Shown piece after piece: positions 1 to 15,500 of a DNA stretch of 64,000 nt (positions are counted from its first letter, which is position 1; every line of letters starts with the position of its first letter). The stretch spans positions 1,550,001 through 1,614,000 of the forward strand of contig CM082577.2 of NCBI GenBank assembly GCA_040954595.2. Reading direction: 5' to 3'. The position numbers and the translations under genes are program-made. The notes below the pieces were generated by a model, which was not told the DNA's origin, ran no database searches, and worked only from the letters and a program-made list of their open reading frames with translations. Origin of the DNA: Balanoglossus misakiensis (taxonomy: Eukaryota > Animalia > Hemichordata).

Positions 1-1326
1 AATTACTCTGTACTAGACTATATATCTTTACATCAATTAATATCTACATTTCAAAACTCTCTCTTGAGATAAACGTTTGCCCCACTCTCCGTTGTGTGTG
101 CATCTCTGTCATGCCAGTTACCTCTGCTGAGGTCAGATTTTCTGTGCCCCAAAACTTTCCCATGCCTGACTTTTCCCCACTCAATACTCAAACTACAGAC
201 TTGCCCTACTAAACGTCGACTGCCATCAAAATCACACTCCAAATGGAGCAGAATTTTTCAAGGACTCCCCTACTTTTGAGGCAAAAAATCACCACCATTT
301 AAAGAATGATACAGGGACATGGCTGTTGGGTAGTAAAAACATCTCACTGATAAAAAAAACTCTCACTGTTTGCCTTCACAAATGTCAGTAAACATTAAAT
401 ACAGTGAAATGGTAATGTCCAAGCCAGAATAATATCAGTGATCAGTAAACATACAGTGTGCATCTGTGCTGTTCATTTGTCACCCATGGCCATAAGGTTA
501 ATAGTACAAGATGTACAGTGTATTGTACATTGTAAAACCGTTGCAATCAGCTCACAATTGAGTCCATAACTTGTCATGGAGTGTGTGGGCTCAATGATCA
601 CACAGCCTGAGTGTCAAAAACCATCGGTACATTTGTACTTTGGAAGATGTCATTGGGGATCATTCAATGCAGTGGACTTTGTCTTGGAAGAGCCTGCCCT
701 TCATACTTTGGTTCAATGTTTCAGAATAAAACTGACATGTCAGTACTGAACTGGGTCTGTATTGACAAGTTTTGTTGAACTGTGTGGTTGAGAACTCTCC
801 AGTAGCACCAAGATATGGCTGCCAAGTGTTATTTCACAAACATTCTCACCAGTAGGGAATGGCTTTCGTTTTGATTGTTTGATTTGCAATGAATAGTCGC
901 CGGGACAACAGCAACTCTATTGTAACAAATTCCAAAGAGTTCAAGAATCAAGAGGTGGCATTAAAATTAGAATGAACTTTGACTCCGTGTAGACTTTGAC
1001 GTACACATACTTCCCTTTCAAGGGACAAAACACAGTATCCCATGATGTCGTATGCATGAAAATCCTGAAGAAATAGGAAAACGCGACACCACATCACCTA
1101 AGAGGTGTTACTCTGGGTTTAAATTTTTAACCATACCTGGTAAAACCACTGTTATAGAAAGTTAAAATTTGGTCACTGTGAGAAGACCGTATACTTTAAA
1201 ACATATCTTACACACAGTCTGCTTACACATGAAAAATTGCACTTACAGTATATGAACATTGGTGTAAACACAGGTACATGTTGCCTCTTTGGATATCGCG
1301 AAAATTTCCTCTTGAGAAAAAATTAA

Positions 1327-2299
<973 letters not shown>

Positions 2300-3891
2300 T
2301 GAGGTCACGGAAAAGCAATTTACAATGACGGAATCCGAATGGGATTCTGTGGCATATCAATGGTAGTTTTCAGGAATTGGCGTAGCCATGTTCCATGCTA
2401 GGTCATGTCACAAGCTTTAACAGATGCTTAAAATCAGTGCAATTTCTTTTGTAACAAACAGCCAAAAAATTCTTATTGGTCGAAGCAATGCAAGTGGAAT
2501 ATTCTCTTTGTGCAGTCTGTTAACACATATGGGATGGAACTGAAAGTCATAATTTCAGTTGCTGTTCGTGAACATCGCAAAAGCGTGTGATGAGAGACAG
2601 TTTGGGATAGGAAAGGTATTCATGATAATGTTATGGTAGTGTTACCTTACAGCAATAATCGAGTTTGTACTGGTGAATTTTTATAATTCAGCTGAGGTTT
2701 TTTAAAAGGCAGTTTTGGAACTGCTGTTTTTATGCTGTTAACTTTTCATCCCTGTTCCAGTGTTTTTGCATGTCGTATACAATTTACTGTTAATCACTTT
2801 GTGATATTGGTGTCTTCGAAGGGACAAGTTGCTGGCTTTTGAAAATTCTTCATTTGAGAAATTACTTGCTTTGTTCCGTTGTATTAAATTTTGGCATGGC
2901 AAATTGTCAGTTTAAACTGTATTTAATTATTAGCCTGCTTTGAAATATACATACTAAATTGATGTAATTTGAACTACATGTTTTACGTAATATTTTATCT
3001 GGACTGTGGGATTACTCTGTTTATACAAAATTTGCAAGCAACAGTGCACGCCTTGTCTGTCATACACTTGAAATGGATTCCATAAAAGTCATATACAATT
3101 GTACATGTACATAGCTTGTTAAATCGAACCAACTTCATTTTACGTTAAACAAAAAAGACTTTATCATTGTTCATTTTATTGAACATGTGAAAATTTGATG
3201 TATATTTATTGTGTGCCATGCACACCTTTTGAAACTTAAAATTGTCAGTATTGTTAACTGCACCCTGATTTTACAGAGTTTGTAGCAAAAAAATTCCACG
3301 GTGAAAAACAATTGTCTAATGTACTGAAATGTGCAATTCACTTTAATTCATTGACACACAATTTAGCCTGATGCGGCACATATTAAATGAAATTTAAATA
3401 GAACGTGTATTAACTCAATAATGGTTCTTGTACGAGGTGAACATTTCCCAATTAGATACAGTATTCTGAATTCTACATGTATACAACATTGGGGGTTGAC
3501 TTCAAAATCTGAACGGCTGTCAGCCGACATACAACTACAATGAATTTCCGTCTTGAAGTTGTGATTCTGTACAAATTCTGGTAGTCGGCCATTTTCATGA
3601 CCATTACTACGAGTCCTGCTAAATGTAACATTTTGTCACTATTAAATATGAACACTGGGGAGTTATGGTGAATATGGCTGGCTCTTGTGGAGTCTTCAAA
3701 CGGGTGGATGCATACAATGTACCAATGAATATCATGACATGACATGTAAGGTCATGCTGGGGTCATGAAAATGGCCTGTTTGTAAATACTAATTGATGTG
3801 TATTTAAATGTATAATATATTCAAATGTTCAGCTTCCTGTACTGTTAATAGTTGGAAAATGTGTTTCACTATTAATTTAATTCACCGAGAA

Positions 3892-3897
3892 AATAAA
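3892..3897 (+). terminator. Candidate polyadenylation signal of PCYT2
   Basis: AATAAA followed about 20 nt later by a GT-rich stretch (tcttgtggtgtg), after an AT-rich 3'UTR-like region. Confidence 0.45.
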
Positions 3898-4360
3898 GAT
3901 CGATTTAAAATGCAATTTCTTGTGGTGTGAACTTTGACAGAAGGTACAGCCAGTGCTGTTGTGCAGTGTTGGAAACTGTCGAAAAATCTTGGTGGTGTTG
4001 AGACAAACTGGATAACGTTGGTTCTCACGCAAGAAGTTACTCTTGCTGAATGATCAACACATTTGCATCACAGTGCATTGGTGTTTCATCTGGACAGGGG
4101 ATTGGGTGATTCACCCTCTGTTGACACCTAGCAATTTGTCAAGGCCCCTAAAATGATCACTCAAACATTGGGAGATATTGCAGTTTGAAATACACATTCA
4201 TGTATACACAGAATCATACCAGACACAATACAAAGAGTTTGCAACTAATCATCTGAAACTGTTTTCAATATCACTATAACTTTCTTGATGTTGGACTTAC
4301 CTTAGAAATCTTGACCTCACCAAAGAGCAACAGGGTAATATTCAAAATGGAGGATGGAAT

Positions 4361-4568
4361 CCAGGGGTACACCTACTGAAGACCTGAGTGCCGTCTGAGT
4401 GGGTCCAATATTCACATAAGATTTACTTAGAAATGGGTCATATTCAACTCTGTATTCCTGCACTTGTGGGAAATTGTCAACCAGAGATTAATAAGTGGGC
4501 ATTGTTAAATTTCAGTCAGATGGTCACCCATACCCCAGACCAAAACTGATTCAAGTAGCACCCCCTGG
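4361..4568. mobile_element. Short non-autonomous TIR element (MITE), family unassigned
   Basis: Termini CCAGGGG...CCCCTGG flanked by the direct repeat ATGGAAT (4354-4360 and 4569-4575). Confidence 0.45.
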
Positions 4569-5084
4569 ATGGAATTGGAAAGGGGATTATGGGAAAACAG
4601 GACCGAAAAAATATATTCATCACACTAACACAAGAGTTAACTCAGAAAATTGTATTTATATTCAAACATATCCCCCTTTGGCCCTCCAAATGCAACAATT
4701 AATGCTTAATACACGCTTGTGAGATTGCATGTACATGCACCCTGTAACTTATAAGGTCATAGTTGTACTGCCCGTACTGGGTGATGTTTTTTATAGGAAA
4801 TCTTGGATCTATGAATTCCTGTATGTAGCATTTTGTGAAGCAAGCAGTTTGTAAATTTGTGGTTACATCATGCGCTCATGATTTTTTAACTGGAGTATAC
4901 ATAAATCAAGGCTTCCTTTAGGAAAAAATACAAAGCATGAGATACAGTATTTCTGGTTTCTTTTCTTTCAAATGACAATAATAAGACTTTAAGTTTAAGG
5001 ACACCATGATTAACCAGTATACACTTCCACAGAAAATCCTGTTCAACATGTTGCTCCCAGTGCTTCAAAGATATAGTCACCTAA

Positions 5085-6530
5085 TTATGCAAATTTAATC
5101 ACAGTTACAATGGAAAATAGAAATCCAACCAATCACAGATGTTCACCTGCAAATTGGGCGGCAACATATCACAATGTTATCAGAAGCATGCCCTTTTAAC
5201 CATATATGGGCATATGTAAATTACAAATGATTGTACTCCTTTAATCTCATATATCAAACACAGCTGCTGGTTACAAAAGACACTCAAGTATTTCTTTAAC
5301 CCTTCACCAATACTTCACATGAAAAAATCGTACACCTTCTCAAAGTGTATAGTATAACAAAATACGTGGAAAGTTGATTCTTGGATGACGTATTACTACT
5401 AGTAATTGCACAGCTGTGGGAGTGTGCAAATGATTCAACAGTGAAAAATTTTGCATCTTTAACATGATAATGTCTGTAACATCATACACTACCTATAATG
5501 AGTTTCTTGAGCAGACATTGTTGCAAGTAACAATATCAAATCCTCATGATAAGAAAGGATGGTTAAATCAGATCCTGATTATTCCCCAGAGATGTGTAGA
5601 CACGTAGGAAAATGCAATCATTCTATACCTACCTCCTTAGTCACACCCTCGATTAAGACCAGCTACTTTTCATTGAAATTCACAAACATGATCAGTGGTT
5701 ACATGAATACACATCTATTGCTGAATCACTAACTCACTGGTTACTTGAGATGTACGCAATATTACATAAGCACATCAAAAAAAAACCTTTGAAATGTAAA
5801 TATCAGTTCTGATTAGATAAGTGTGTATGCCGACACCAAGTAGGTATGAAAGTGAAATCTTATTCATTAATTTCCATGACGATTGATAAGTTTTCAATTT
5901 TTTAGTACTGCAGAATATACGACAGTCTTGAGTAATATTATTTGGACAAACAAAGAATAATTCTGTGAGCAAAACTACCAAAAAGTACTAGCCAATTGCG
6001 ACAGATTTTCACTTGGGCGACCATGCAATAAAGTGTGCCACCACATGGTCGTTACCAATTAAAGGTGATTGTATTCCTTAAGTAAATGGTCGGAAGTATT
6101 CACTTCCTGGATGTAGTGATATCAACTGCAAGACTGTGGCAAACCAATTGTCACTTCTTGCTTCTAATACCTGGCAGACTCCATGCGCTGATATTTGACA
6201 AGGACAGACCACGTCCACCAGCAATGTTTCACCAGTATATCCTCAGGTAGGGTTTCTATGTTGGCGATCTCATCGTGGTCATTGAAATCTATGTAAGCCA
6301 TAAGAACGTCTCTGAGACTGAAAAGGATAAAAAAAGACAGATTTAAGCCACTGACTGTGATACTGAAGATCAATAGAACAGCTACCTTGTTATATGTTTT
6401 CGCTGTGAAGTGATTTGCGGCATATAGTCACATATGCAAATTTAGCTATGGTTACTATGGAAAGCAGAGATCTAGCCAATAACAGATTTCACTGGGTAGC
6501 CACCCAAAAAAGTGCACCACCACATGGTCA
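5085..6530 (+). repeat. Three diverged copies of a dispersed repeat (~5085-5165, ~5989-6050, ~6433-6530)
   Basis: Shared string atgcaaattt...gttacHatggaaa...(a/g)ccaat..acagat..tcac; the last two copies also share aaagtg..ccaccacatggtc. Confidence 0.55.
6164..6316 (-). CDS. RNF213: RNF213 terminal coding exon
   Basis: LRDVLMAYIDFNDHDEIANIETLPEDILVKHCWWTWSVLVKYQRMESARY*, preceded by a pyrimidine tract and AG. Confidence 0.85.
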   Translation of the reverse strand, partial: LRDVLMAYIDFNDHDEIANIETLPEDILVKHCWWTWSVLVKYQRMESARY

Positions 6531-9500
6531 TTCGAAGACTTTTGAACCATACAAGTAATCTTAACCCTTACACCACCATTGTTTTGTGCATTTGGTCCAA
6601 ATCCATTGTTTTCTATGGCAAAATTGGACCTCAAAAGAAGGAAATGGGGGTGAAAGGGTTAATCTAGTACCTCCAATTAGCAACATCTTCTTCTGCATTT
6701 TTCTCTTTTCTCAGTTCAATGGCAATGTAATGATGTAACTCATTGATCAATGAATCTACGTCTATATATCGTAATGCAGTCAGTAGATTTTGTTCTTGTT
6801 CTGGGTTCAGTTCCTCTCTGAAGTCATACAGGCTATCAAAAGGATCCTACGAAAAAAAAATCACAATTTACATGTGCATGAGGATAAATGCACAGTACAT
6901 GTATGTGTACTGTGCATATTCCCATTCTCTGTATTTGTCAGTTACATACACAACCCAATAGACTGTAGCACTGGCATTTGGGGGTAGGTTGAGAAAATTT
7001 GCCAATTTTGTTCTACATTTGAACTAACTTGGATAAAAAAAAACATAGACACCTGAACATTGAAACAATCAGCATTCTACACGTAGGTCACATAATGATT
7101 TCAACTTTAAAGGAAAGACTGCAGTTATGTTTGAAATTAGGGTTTGATTATATGAAACTTACCTGTGAGTTGAGTGAAAGCCTTCTTGCTCTCTCTACAG
7201 CTAACAGTTGCCACAGAGGTAAGATGTGTTTTAACTGGCATGGGTATCTCACCTAGAGGTAAAAATTAAAGCAATTGGTCTTTCAGGAGTACTGTACTCT
7301 GAGCCTTATTACGACAGAATATTCCAACTGCACAATACACTTGCTGCATTTAATTATGTAAATCAAACATGTTTTGTTTCAATATTATTTAAACGCTGTA
7401 ACCTTAAAGTGAGGATAGGCCGGCCTTTCATGGTGCAGCATGCACTGCCCCAATAACCCCTATAAAAATCTGTGTTTACAATACCTTCATCTCCTCTCTT
7501 TCCATCTTGAGAATGTTGCACAAATACTTGATGATTGGCATGTCTGGTTTCCCACCAGACGAAGCCAAGAAACCAATGGCAATGTCCAGACAAGCCAAGG
7601 AATCAGAGACTTCAGGTAGTGACCGCAACTCAGATAGGATCTGGTGTTGTATCACTTTGGACAATGGTTCCTGAAATCAAGAACATGTAAACGTATATGT
7701 CACACTTCCCATCTCTTGAGTGTTACTGCTTAGAGAATTGTTATTTCAGATGGTGCAGGCAATCTCAACATGAACACATTGTTTTGTGTATAAGATATTC
7801 TCAAAGTGGACTTCAAAATGGATGATGAATTTTTTTTATGAACTTAAAAGAAACACTGCAGGCACAGAAATTTACAGATGAACTGAAAACAAGTCCATGC
7901 TTTCCACAATGAAAAACAGAAATAAGTCTCGATGGTTATCGAGTTTTACATTTCATACCTGTGGGATTTTACTTTTCAATGTCTCAAACACTGCAGCGTC
8001 CCGGGAGTCTTGACGGAACACCAGCTGCTCAATTTTCCTGTGGATCTTTGCCTTGCTGCGTATGAATCTCTCTTCCAGTTGTCTCTCCAAGGACATCAGG
8101 TCATACTCCACAAGAGTGCCACGTCCGACTTCCAGGGAATAGTTGCAGTGAGACAGCACCATTGGGAGGAGATCCTTTTCTGGGTCATAGGCGATCAGAT
8201 CGGCTGGAGTCAGCTCACTGGGTTTGATCTCCTTATCACTAAAACATGAGTAAAGTTATACGCTGTTGAAGAGCTGTTGCTGCTTGGTCTACGCATGTTT
8301 GGTGATCCAAATTAATTTTAAACCCGAATGCAACAATCATGCATTCTTCAATCAGATGTGAAACTACTGATGATTGAACTTAAAGACAACATTCAATAAT
8401 CAACAACCCAGGATTGACAATTGTTGGTGAATATGAAGAATGAAAGAATAAAAAAAATACAAGGGGGAATGATGTACCTGATGGAACGCTTGGTTATGGC
8501 TTTGTATGTGTCCAGGAACTGATTCTGTGTGATGATCAGGAAGTCTACAAGAGCAGTTGAACAGACGCCGTCACCTTTCCTGGTGGGAAGTATGGTAGCC
8601 AGACTGGTGTTCCTAGTTATGGTTTGGTCACACAACTCTTTAGGGACAAACAAGCCACCTGTAGGTGAAGAGAGGTTACGGAGTTACACAGTTGTAGTTT
8701 ATGGAACAAGATTTTAACCTGCCATACTGATACAGTACTTTGATCATAGCCACATGGAAAATTAGACTAAGTCTAATGCTTTTAGTTCAAAGGTGGTTTT
8801 AAAAACTGTCAGTGAAACTTAACGATCTCTGATTATTTTGTTGAGAAAGTGTACTTTCAACTGTTAGAGAATCCATGTTTCGTTAAAATGACAATTGCCT
8901 ACGTGGGCAAGTTACACTTTTTCAAGTACACTTTCCTAAATCTGTCCTTTTAGTATTATTCTCTCACCACTGAATAAAAACAAACATCATTAACATACAT
9001 TTACTGTTTCTTTAATAATTTTGACTCACCATAGTTGAATACATCCTGTCTGACCAGATTCCACACTGTTGCAAAACTATTCATCAGCCGACAGTATTTG
9101 TCTCTGATGTGACCTGTGCATTAAAAAATGGATGAAGCAGAGTTTACACACCTGACTCACAATTCAAATATTCTCCACGATTCTACAAGAAGAAGTATTT
9201 GAGATCATTTTTTTTCCAGAGTGGATAGGCAGTAATTGTGTGCCACATGCTTGCAAAAAATTGAGTTATGCATATACGACAGCATGAAAGGATACATATG
9301 CAGTGAATTTCATTTTTCCAGGACTTGTCACGATTTTCCTGATTATTACACAGAACCCTGATGAACAGTGTCATTCCTAATATCAACACGTCATACAGTA
9401 GGAAAGCAAAAAAGAAGGATGTGCAAGATAGTAACATATACAGTATCGGTGACATTGGAATTGTACAATGATTCACAAAGACTCGATCGGCTATTACAGT

Positions 9501-12500
9501 TTTGTTCTGTCACTAATCCTCTAAAACCAGCACTTCTCACCTCTGGGCAGTCCATCCAGGAACTTCCCTATCTTCAAATTTGTAGCTTCGTGGAGGTCAA
9601 TATTTCTGTGGAATCGGTCTATCAAAAGTTGCTGTAATTGGATGATGTCTGGCAAGTACTTCAAGGCACGTAGAGTGTGTTCCTGCAGGAAAGATATTTT
9701 GCAATCAAAATCACCGTCTAATCAAAATCATTGTTAGTGATTACAATGCGAGAGGAGATCAGTGCTTCAGCTACTCAATATACATACATGTAGATGTGCA
9801 CAGACACTTCACTGTGCATCAGTGTAATGTGCCCTTCTCATTTACATACTTATTGTACAATACATACGGAAATATCTTGGATGATAGAGCTACAGGTTAC
9901 AACAGATGCATACATGTAACAGTAATATGTCTCGTCTCTACTACTGAAATATATTATTACAAGACATCAAAGAATCTGCTGTACAGATGATTCTCATTCT
10001 TTGTTTTCAGGGTGTGTTACTTGAAGACTGGACAAGTTGGAATTTACCCTGTTGAGGAACTCCTGCAGTATTCTACATTTCTTCTTGTTTTTCTTGGCAG
10101 CCATACTCTCTTGCAGAGCATGCGTCAGATGTTCAATAGTAACTCTCGATCTGTATCTCCACACTGTCGGGATGTTGTACAAAGAGTCCAAGGCCAGGTC
10201 TTGGGATGGAGGATCGACTTCATGCAGCAATTTCAGCAAAGGGTTGTTTCCAAGTCTCTTGTCATCATGCACCAGCTTGTTGGCTGTCTGAAGTTCTGGA
10301 GTGGCATTCTGTGACAAAAGCATTGTGTAAAAAAGATTTGATCATATTATCATTACTCTCAATTTTTTTATGAAATGGCACCAAAACTTCCAGTTTACCA
10401 ACCTGAATGATGGGATTGATGAAGTTCCTTGTGAATGTGTCCTCCCACTGATGTCTGCATTTCTTTGAAGTAAGCAGTGGGTTGAACTGCTCATGGCCTG
10501 TTGTGCAAATGACAAATTTAAATGTTAGATAGTTATTCTAGCTCAACACATGCTGTTATGGACAAAATTTGTCTGACAGAAGTCTATGATTTCAGATCAT
10601 ATTTGCATCAGCAAATTTTTGGTAATATTAGAAAATGGCAAGAAAATAAATATTTGATTGACAACTACATTTTAAAGGTCCAAACCTCACAGAAACCTGT
10701 GTTTATTTCAATGCCCTGATTTGATTAAGAAGACTTCTGTAAAAAAAGCCTTTCCCAAACGATACTGACTGAGTATTATGGCAAACACCTACCTTGCGGT
10801 TTGGTCGTCAACATTCTATGGAGAACCATGTGAATGAGCAGGGCCGAATCATCTACGCTCTTGCCACTTGCACGGGACAAGAGTTGAAGATCAAACTCCA
10901 GATGTTGCCATAGAAATTGCGGAATACCATTGGCATTCACCGTTGGGTGAATAACACCAACCAGATTCTACAAAGAGGAAATGTACTGATTTCAGTCCAT
11001 ATAATGTTTTTACATGAAAGTGATAAAAACTTAGTATTTCTATTATGTCCGGGAACTGTATTTTCTCTCTTTATAGTGAACACGGGTAATTATACATTAA
11101 CTTTCAGGAAAAAAACAAGCAAAATAAATCATGGAAAATTCTTAACAACTGGTGCGTCGTGGTATGAAAATTTGAACAGGTAATTGGGGTGAAAGTGTCG
11201 AGTAAATTTTAAAGACACACTAATTTTATCAGATGCCAACCTTTGGTGTTTTGGTCGCAGCTCCAATCATGGATGCATGCATCAACATCCTGACAATAGC
11301 AACAGCAACTGGAGACATCTGTCTCTCCGGGACAGGAATCTCGTTGTGTCGTCTTTCAGGAGCACCAAGTATGTGTCCAGTCTGTGTTGTGTCATGCCTA
11401 TAAATAGGGAGAAAAATACGTGAACATTTCATTCAAAATGGAAATGTCTGGATTCATGATAGATTCAACAGAAATGGAATGGCTGATATGGCTCTAACTT
11501 ACATGTTTGTTTGGTATCCTGCTATGTGGATTTTTCAAAGAAAGAGCTTAAAACAGCTACATGTAGGAGAATGAGTTATCAATATTGAAAACAGGGTCAT
11601 GTTTCAGCATGCCCTAAAACCAATAAATTTTGGAGAAAAAAATACTGTCAGTACGACTTTTTCCACTGAACCACAGTCAAAAGGTTTCCCTCCCCACTCA
11701 GACAATTTAATTTATGATTCATCTGTAGCCAAATCATCACGCCATACTACGAGAAAGATCTAAAACGGGTCCACTTTCTCTTTTAGCCGACATGGTTGAA
11801 TCTCCACCATCAGTATCCCATTTCTGTTTTTTACTTACGTTCTGGCCAATCTATTGCCCTTAGCAGCTTGATTGTAACGAACGCCTCCGATTTCTGCACC
11901 GCAATCCTTACACTGTCCAAGACCATTTGGTCTGCCACACTACAGCAACAACACAGAAAGCAGTGGTGAAAAAAAGAGTAATTTTTTCCACAAAAAATGC
12001 TATACTTACGTTCTAGCGATTTTATTGCCAGCAGCTGGTGTGTGGCTTTGTCCACCAATTTGTTGACCACAATCTTTGCACACACCGAGGCCATATGGAC
12101 GACCACACTGACAACGAGATCAAAGTAACGAAGAGTGATGCTAGGTGATTTTGAATTAACTCTGCATACTATTCTTGCTACAAATACAATGCGACTAGCA
12201 GACTCTATTGAGAATGCATGGTTAGCAGACTCATAGCCATCATTCATACACTCCTCATGTAACGTGACACAACATTTGATGATGGTCATCTGATATTAAG
12301 AGTCCCCAAGTCAATCATATGCTTTGCCCATTTTGGTCTGCTTAATATAATATTCTACCAGACATACATACTTGATTACCAGTGCTATGACATGAAATAT
12401 GTATATAAACCCATTCTCAAACACTATTGCAACACTGACAATCTTAAAGTACTTACATCTCCAATTGTGTAGGGGTGACCATTCGGACATTCTGAAAAGT

Positions 12501-15500
12501 AAAAAGAAAACAAATGAACTCAGAGTGGTGAATGTGAATTGGCCAGACAGACAGTACATGTACAGTGTAGTTTCAAACTTACCATACCACTGGACAGTCT
12601 CTTGAAGTGCTGCTTTAGCTTCTAACAGTAAATCTTCATGCATAGTTGGGAAGAAAGAATTCTGCAACAAAAAAGAGAAAATAACAACCTCTTTGTGATT
12701 AAAATTAAAAAATCTCCAATGATGAAAACAGGAGTAAGTTCAAAGTCAGCTTTGGTTTATAAGTTGAACTTTGTCTCCATGATTAACACAAAATCCATGC
12801 TGCTGTAAAGAATATTGCTTTTACTATTGCATATACCGTGAATGAACCTCATACAGATTCTTTCTTCATCCCTCACAAAGCATGATAAGCCTAAAGATGA
12901 CATGAGCGCACAAGTTAAAGTTCAAAAATCTAACAACACAACAAAGTAACACCAGCTAATGACATTGATGGGGTAACTAAGAGTAGCCTAACAACCGAAC
13001 TTACAGCCATGTTTTGTGGATTCTCCATCATGGTGATCAATGGTTGAACGGCATGATATCGACTGCAGCACCGCAACACAACCATAGTGTGAATCACCAG
13101 GGCTGCTACTGTACGACACAGGGGGCGCTGATCTGGTGTCACGGTCAATGTACTGCATTTACCACCTTGTCTGTTGAAGATGAGCTCTTCAGCAAAATCC
13201 TAGAAAAACATACACAAAATGTTCTTATGAGCAAATCATACTGAGATATGAAATTAGTTACATCTCAACTTTCCATGATAACTGGTTGACTTTGCACAGA
13301 TGATCGCATACTTCAATACAAATTTTGTTTAAGTAGGATCATATTACTTTGTTGTAACTTGGAGCAAAAAATACATTGTAGTATGGAATGACGACTGATC
13401 AGTTCAACGTTGACCTAATCTTTTGATATGAAATTCCGGGGATGAGAAGAACATGTACTAAATTTGATTTGCTTGTAATACTTACCCCTTGAGTAACAAA
13501 ATGGGACGACTTGATGTAAGTTACAAGCTTTTGAACAACCTGCCAAGACAATACACACAGTGGATTATATATCAGGAATTATGTAAAATTCAAAGTAAAA
13601 GCACCAGTACCTACTTGGATTTTGGCTATTTAATAAACATATTTGTTGTGTGTGAATGTCAAATGCAGTTTCTGGTTCGAATTCTTTGAGCATGATGCTA
13701 TACCCAGTATTTTTCATGGAGTAATTTCATTCGTCATGACATATCAGAACTTGCTTGTGTATGAACCCTTAACCAATTCTCAGGTGACACCATTAACTTG
13801 TTCTCAAACCCTAATGTTTTACAAACCAATACTTACATGGGCATCTGCTGGTGTCTGTTGTGAGCCATCAGCATACTTGTTTGCATGACACATGGTCATC
13901 TCCCTGTATATTGTCAGCAGTAACAGGTACTGCTTTTCATCATTGGATTTTATCCGATTCTACAAAGGCAAAAGAAAAGAGTGTGTCTTGCTACATGAGA
14001 AATTGATTTATATCTTGCAATTGTAACAAGTATCTCAGGTTCTTACCCTCAATATCTTGTCCACTTTCTTGAAGTCAGCACTAATCAGTGTTTCTGCCAT
14101 TGCTTCTCTGAGCTCCGGGTAAACATTCCCACACGTGACAAATCTGTCTGGTACAAAGGTGACCTTCAAAATGTACAGATGGCATCACGATTAATATTTG
14201 TATATTTGCAGTGCGTTCCAGTGACTGCATGCATTCAAGTTTTCTACTTGAACAGCTGCACATGCGTTTAACAATGTAACACTGGGGGGGAGATGTGATG
14301 AAATAGTCTGCATGGGAGTGTGTGTGTGTGTTTCATGAAAAGTATGATAGTAAAGTTAACAGTGAATTGCAATGGTCAGTAACACTGTCAATCTATCAAT
14401 GGTCTTGTTTCATTACTCTAAAGGGTTCAGACAGCATGCATAAATTGCCTACTGGTGCACTTACAACAAAATATACAGAGATCACTGTACACACAAATGT
14501 ATGATAATCAAAACATGTGTGTCTCCTTGATCTACAGCAAATGCCAAATACTAACAACTCACCTGTACATTTCCTTCAGGAGGCATAATCCAATCCAAGC
14601 GGGGATGTCTCACAACGGATTGCAGAGAGTCAGTCCCGTATCTCCGACACAGCTGCTTCACCAGGAATATTTTGGGCCACTTGGATCGGATGCTCTCACA
14701 GAACCTCCGTGTCATGTCCAGCAGTTTCCTGGCCTCTTTGAACAATTCCGGATGATCCTGTTGCTGTGTTGCATTCTGCTGGTCCGAACCCCCGAAGAAG
14801 AGATAGATCTGCTCGGCAGCTACAACCAGCCCAAACCTAGCGCCGGCGACCGAATCCAACTGTGACACGTTGAGGCCTGCCTGTTCTTGTTCGGGCTCAT
14901 GGATCTCAGGGTCCAATCTTTCTGTGGCACCCATCATCAAGGCCAGCTTGGCATCAGCTCCAGTCTGGATCAGGTGATTGTGGTGGGAATCCTGCAGTGA
15001 TTTAGAGACAGTTTAGGAATGGTCAATGCTTTCTCATCACACCTTTTGTGTGCTCTATGACTTTGCTTAAACAGACATGGGAGATATATTTAATTATTGT
15101 TGGTAACATCAGATTTTTATCAATAATTAGTTTGGCAAAAAAATCTACTTCCAGCAGTGCGATTATAAACATAAGAGAGACAAACTCACCTCTATGCACT
15201 GTATGCAAAGTAAGCACAGTTCAAGTACTTCCGCATCGGTCCTCATAAAGGTACGTGCTTCATCAAGGTAGATCTGAAGATGTTCAAAGACCTGTTCAAC
15301 GCTGAGGAAAAGAAATGAAACACATTGTTACCAGTTCCATGGTAACTTAAACTACAGTTTTTACTCTTTCAGAACTTTCATTATTTTATTTGGCTCAATA
15401 GATGTTAGATCTGGTGGGTGAATATAACACTAGGTTTATTGAAATCCCACTTTGTTATTGCTTGGTCTGATAGTGCACTGAAACACCCTGCTGTGCATTT

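Noticed and set aside
11657-12245. Docking/selector RNA pairings around the alternative RZ exons (e.g. ctttttccactg ~11657 vs cagtggtgaaaaaaag ~11961; catggtt..ccatca similarity at ~11791 and ~12217)
   Set aside because: Too short and imperfect to distinguish from chance without folding and conservation analysis.
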